Under the pieces are notes generated by a model that searched no databases, was not told the DNA's origin, and saw nothing but the letters and a program-made list of their open reading frames with translations. From Pelomyxa schiedti (Eukaryota; Protista; Evosea), in NCBI GenBank assembly GCA_020536535.1, contig JAHLWZ010000286.1, positions 1 to 51,520 of the forward strand: DNA of 51,520 nucleotides, read 5' to 3'. The translations under genes were made by a program, and so were the position numbers. Shown here piece by piece: positions 48,201 to 51,520 of the stretch. The first letter of the stretch is position 1. The number at the start of each line of letters is the position of its first letter.

Positions 48201-48445
48201 TTGGAGCAATGGCTGCCGGTTTGAGAGGAACGGCCTGGGAGCGTGCCGTGATACTGTTAAGGTACTTACTTAGTGTTTCACCCCCTTTTTCCCTTCCTCA
48301 TTACAACCGCAGCTCCGTTTTCGTTGTGTTTGCCATTGCAATATCTCGCCTAGTTACTCTGTTTGTTGCCCTCTACAACGTCTGGAAACTCACAGGTGAA
48401 GGACTCACCGTTCTCCCCCACATACCCACCAATTCCGTTGTCTAA
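45294..48445 (+). CDS. RING-CH (MARCH-type) multipass membrane E3 ligase with an internal PA domain
   Basis: CRIC...PCMCRGTMSYAHPSCLQTW...CEVC (C4HC3), many TM helices, and PA-like GCKNF..GSIIVVGSGGCPALVKLRHAIAAGASAIVL..IPVI. Confidence 0.8.
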
Positions 48446-48606
48446 CAAATTCTCAACTGTTGTGTATCATTGTTAAAAAGACTCCTTGTTTTGTTTCTGT
48501 GGGTGGTGAACAATTTACCCCCGTTACGTTTGGGTAAAACTCGAATGCGTTCTTTTGCTTTTGCTAATTTGTTCTTTCCCTTCAGTCAATCACGATGTTC
48601 GACATC

Positions 48607-48706
48607 NNNNNNNNNNNNNNNNNNNNNNNNNNNNNNNNNNNNNNNNNNNNNNNNNNNNNNNNNNNNNNNNNNNNNNNNNNNNNNNNNNNNNNNNNNNNNN
48701 NNNNNN
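48607..48706. other. Assembly gap (100 N) with a duplicated 121-bp flank
   Basis: 48486-48606 is repeated exactly at 48707-48827. Confidence 0.97.
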
Positions 48707-48806
48707 TTGTTTTGTTTCTGTGGGTGGTGAACAATTTACCCCCGTTACGTTTGGGTAAAACTCGAATGCGTTCTTTTGCTTTTGCTAATTTGTTCTTTCC
48801 CTTCAG

Positions 48807-50874
48807 TCAATCACGATGTTCGACATCAAGCCACAAGCGGGTCTCATCAGAGAAATGAGTGACACGCCTCAATACATGGTCTCTGAGTTCAGCCTTTGTG
48901 ATGGGGGGGAAGGTTAGCAGAACAAACTTGGCCGTGACCGGCGAGCTCAGTGCCAAGTCCATCAAGTGGTCTCTGACAACGTCAGGTGTCAGGCTCGGGA
49001 AGTTCCTGTGCAGAAGCTGCCACGTTCTCAGGTCCACTCTGAAATGGATAGTTCCACCCCACTTTTTCATCATCTTGGCAACCTTTTTGGCGTTGGTTTG
49101 TGTTTTTAAAAAGTGGCTGTGAATACCTCAGGGAAAGTGACACAAAAGTTCTTTATGATCCACTCGGCACAGTGATTCTTGCCCCTTGAAAGCAAAGTAA
49201 AGAGAACCAGGTTGTTGTTTGATTTGACTTGCTCGCTCCCAAGTGCATAGTGCACAATGAACCACTTAACAACTTTGCTGGAAAGACCTACCACCCACAT
49301 CTGCTTAGCACCCGTGAGTAGTTGAGCCACAAAATCTTGGCTCATAACATCCTCTCCCAGCCATGAAATACACTGCTTGATTGTTGGTATGCCTCTCAAG
49401 AGAGCTGTTCTCAGGTGGCGGCTTACTTCCGGCTCTGTCCATTTGTACTTCGGGAGTGAGGTGTTGAGGTGAAACGTCTCCAGCAACAGTGAAATAAGCT
49501 CAAAGTTAAGGGATTCTTTGATTACTTGCACAACTGAGGATTCAGGGATCATGTGAAACGACGAAATGTGCTGAAGAAACCACTTGGTGCCTCTGATTCC
49601 TATTGGGCTCTTGCACACTTGAAAAAAAGAAGGCACCAGAGACTTGCTGTCTGCATTGATCTCTTCCATGAGGTGGAATGAATCATCCAACCACACAGCA
49701 ACTTCCAAGTTGTTGTACTCCAGAGCACCAAGCAACGACTTTTGGAGTTGTTTCCTTGTGAGTGGTGGTGTTCTCTCCATCAACCACTTCACATGTGAAA
49801 CAGTGGCAGAGTCCCTTGCACACGTCTCCATGACCAACTCGGCAGTGGGAGAGATGTTCTTTTCAGTCACCACCCACCGAATGAAATCAGGATTGAACTT
49901 CGCCGACATACTGAAGACAGTTTCGGTGGTCAGCTCAATATTAAATACAGACACTGCCCACTTCAACACTGCGATGTTATTGAGATATCTTATGTCCACA
50001 TTCAGTGAGAACTTTTCTTTTAACCACTTGCAAAGCCTCAATATTTCAGGATCGTCATGACTCCGCAGAGTGCAGGCACAGACCATCGGAATAATGTCCC
50101 GTGGATGCTCATTCCCGAAACACCGAGGGAACCTCTCCATGGCCCATTCAATACCCTCAACACCGTGGATCATCGCGGGGGTGGCATCAACACCCACGCG
50201 TTGCATCAATTCACCGCATCCCGGAAACTCATCGTACAGCCACTGTGCAACGCCCAGGTTCCCGTGTGACAATGCGACAATCAGCGGCTCCACGGCCTCC
50301 CACAATTCGGTGATCCGGAACCTCTCCACCACCCACTTGGCCGTTTCGGTGTGGCCTTCCTGGCACACCCTGCACAGCAGCGAATTCTCACCCGTGCGGC
50401 TCCTGATGAGCTCCACCATGTCGCTGTCGTCGCTGGGCCACACCAGCCCGCACTCGTCCCGCCACCACTTCGTGCGTTGCCGCGAACATCCTCCCACAAT
50501 TCCGATGCTGGGTACGGAACCGCCACCACTTCCACCTCCGTCTCCATCTCCCTCTCCTTGCGGGGCGTGTTCCCCGGCAAGTGCCTTTGCCAACTCGAGG
50601 TGCCCGCCGCGGCAGAGTCCCGCGAGCACCGCCACCAACTCCTTTCCCTTGTCCCTCCTCCCCGTGCCGCCGTCGCAATTGCAACAACTGGTGACCCCCC
50701 GTTCCTCCTCGGCCCGCGGCCTGTTCCTCAGGAACCACCTGATGCACGACCTGGCGCCGGCCGCCGCCGCCAACCGCAGCCTCGTGCGGTGCACGGACCA
50801 GGCAATCGGCTGGGCGGCGACGGCGCGGCATGCGAGGGGCACGAGGGGCCACAGGGCCTCCCCCACAACCAGCA
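48807..50874 (-). CDS. Ankyrin-like helical-repeat protein, 5' end lost in the gap
   Basis: LAGLCRGGHLELAKAL, VCQEGHTETAKWVVERF, ALSHGNLGVAQWL, ALEYNNLEVAVWL. One intron near 49090-49130 leads to a last exon ending at 48807. Confidence 0.7.
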
Positions 50875-50974
50875 NNNNNNNNNNNNNNNNNNNNNNNNNN
50901 NNNNNNNNNNNNNNNNNNNNNNNNNNNNNNNNNNNNNNNNNNNNNNNNNNNNNNNNNNNNNNNNNNNNNNNNNN
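50875..50974. other. Assembly gap (100 N)
   Basis: Run of N. Confidence 0.99.
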
Positions 50975-51520
50975 CTGAGGGCCACTTGCCAGCGTGCTTT
51001 ATGAAGAGCATGTCCATCCAATCCCTGCCTTCGCCATGTAGGTCTTCAATTGTCTTCCTGTCATCGAGGTACTCAGAGCAAAACAAAAAAAAAAAAAGAG
51101 TTTCTCATGTAACCGACCAGCAGTCAGGACCCCCTGACTTTGTGCAGTTGATGTAGTGATGTGTGGTGCCATCAGCAAGCAGCTCGGAATCATCTAGGTT
51201 ATTGTTTGGAATGAAGCCTCTCTCGTTGATAGCCCTCGACATCCTGTGTTTTCCTGGGTTTGTTTGTTGTGGAAGATCGCTGCTAAAAAGTCAGCAACTT
51301 TCCAGCTGGAAAAACCACCTATCTTTTTGGCGCGTTCCAACGTTTTAAGAGAACAAGAACGGAAGCGGAGACAATTGAAAACATCAGAAAAAACCCCCTC
51401 ATGGTGTTCAAGAAACACAACGACTCCTACAAGAGAAACGGTATCCTTGGTCTTATTTTTACAGCGGTCTTCTATCTGGCATGGGGGAGCATCTCGTCAA
51501 TACCTATATTTGTCACGGCA
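50975..51520 (+). repeat. Near-identical second copy of 33459-33997 (5' of CCL-like gene, divergent promoter, 5' of MFS)
   Basis: Direct sequence match with a few substitutions and small indels; continues past the window edge. Confidence 0.95.

Noticed and set aside
48486-48827. 121-bp direct repeat as an LTR or target-site duplication
   Set aside because: It exactly flanks a 100-N gap, typical of an unmerged contig overlap.
50388-51156. ORFs spanning the N gap that seem to fuse CCL-like and ankyrin-region sequence
   Set aside because: Artefact of translating through Ns.

Overview
Gene-dense eukaryotic DNA with many short GT-AG introns and very short intergenic spacers. A cortexillin homologue points to Amoebozoa. 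The Sel1-kinase and ankyrin-like families and the anaerobe-type enzymes suggest an archamoeba such as Pelomyxa, but that is inference. About 21 protein-coding loci, in order: NHL-repeat protein, Stealth-family phosphotransferase, HIT-like protein with an altered triad, Piezo (~10 kb), threonine/serine dehydratase, tandem SSAT-like GNAT, intronless stand-alone homocysteine S-methyltransferase, decayed Sel1-kinase, Cys-rich surface protein, cortexillin, GINS Psf3, Bin3/MePCE, PP2C-like phosphatase, citryl-CoA-lyase/citrate-synthase-like protein, nodulin-like MFS, secreted beta-propeller, LeuC/aconitase-family large subunit, MBL-fold hydrolase, PARG, secreted triple-repeat plus beta-helix protein, RING-CH/TM/PA E3 ligase, and a partial ankyrin-like gene. 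There are two 100-N gaps with duplicated flanks. No rRNA, tRNA, CRISPR or transposase was recognised. Gene spans run start to stop across introns and were spliced by eye, so the limits are approximate. Best leads: a prokaryote-like block (CCL-like, MFS, variant LeuC, MBL), a split-MetH-type methyltransferase, a QxHxQ HIT protein, a perforin-2-P2-like repeat fused to a beta-helix, and a MARCH ligase carrying a PA domain.
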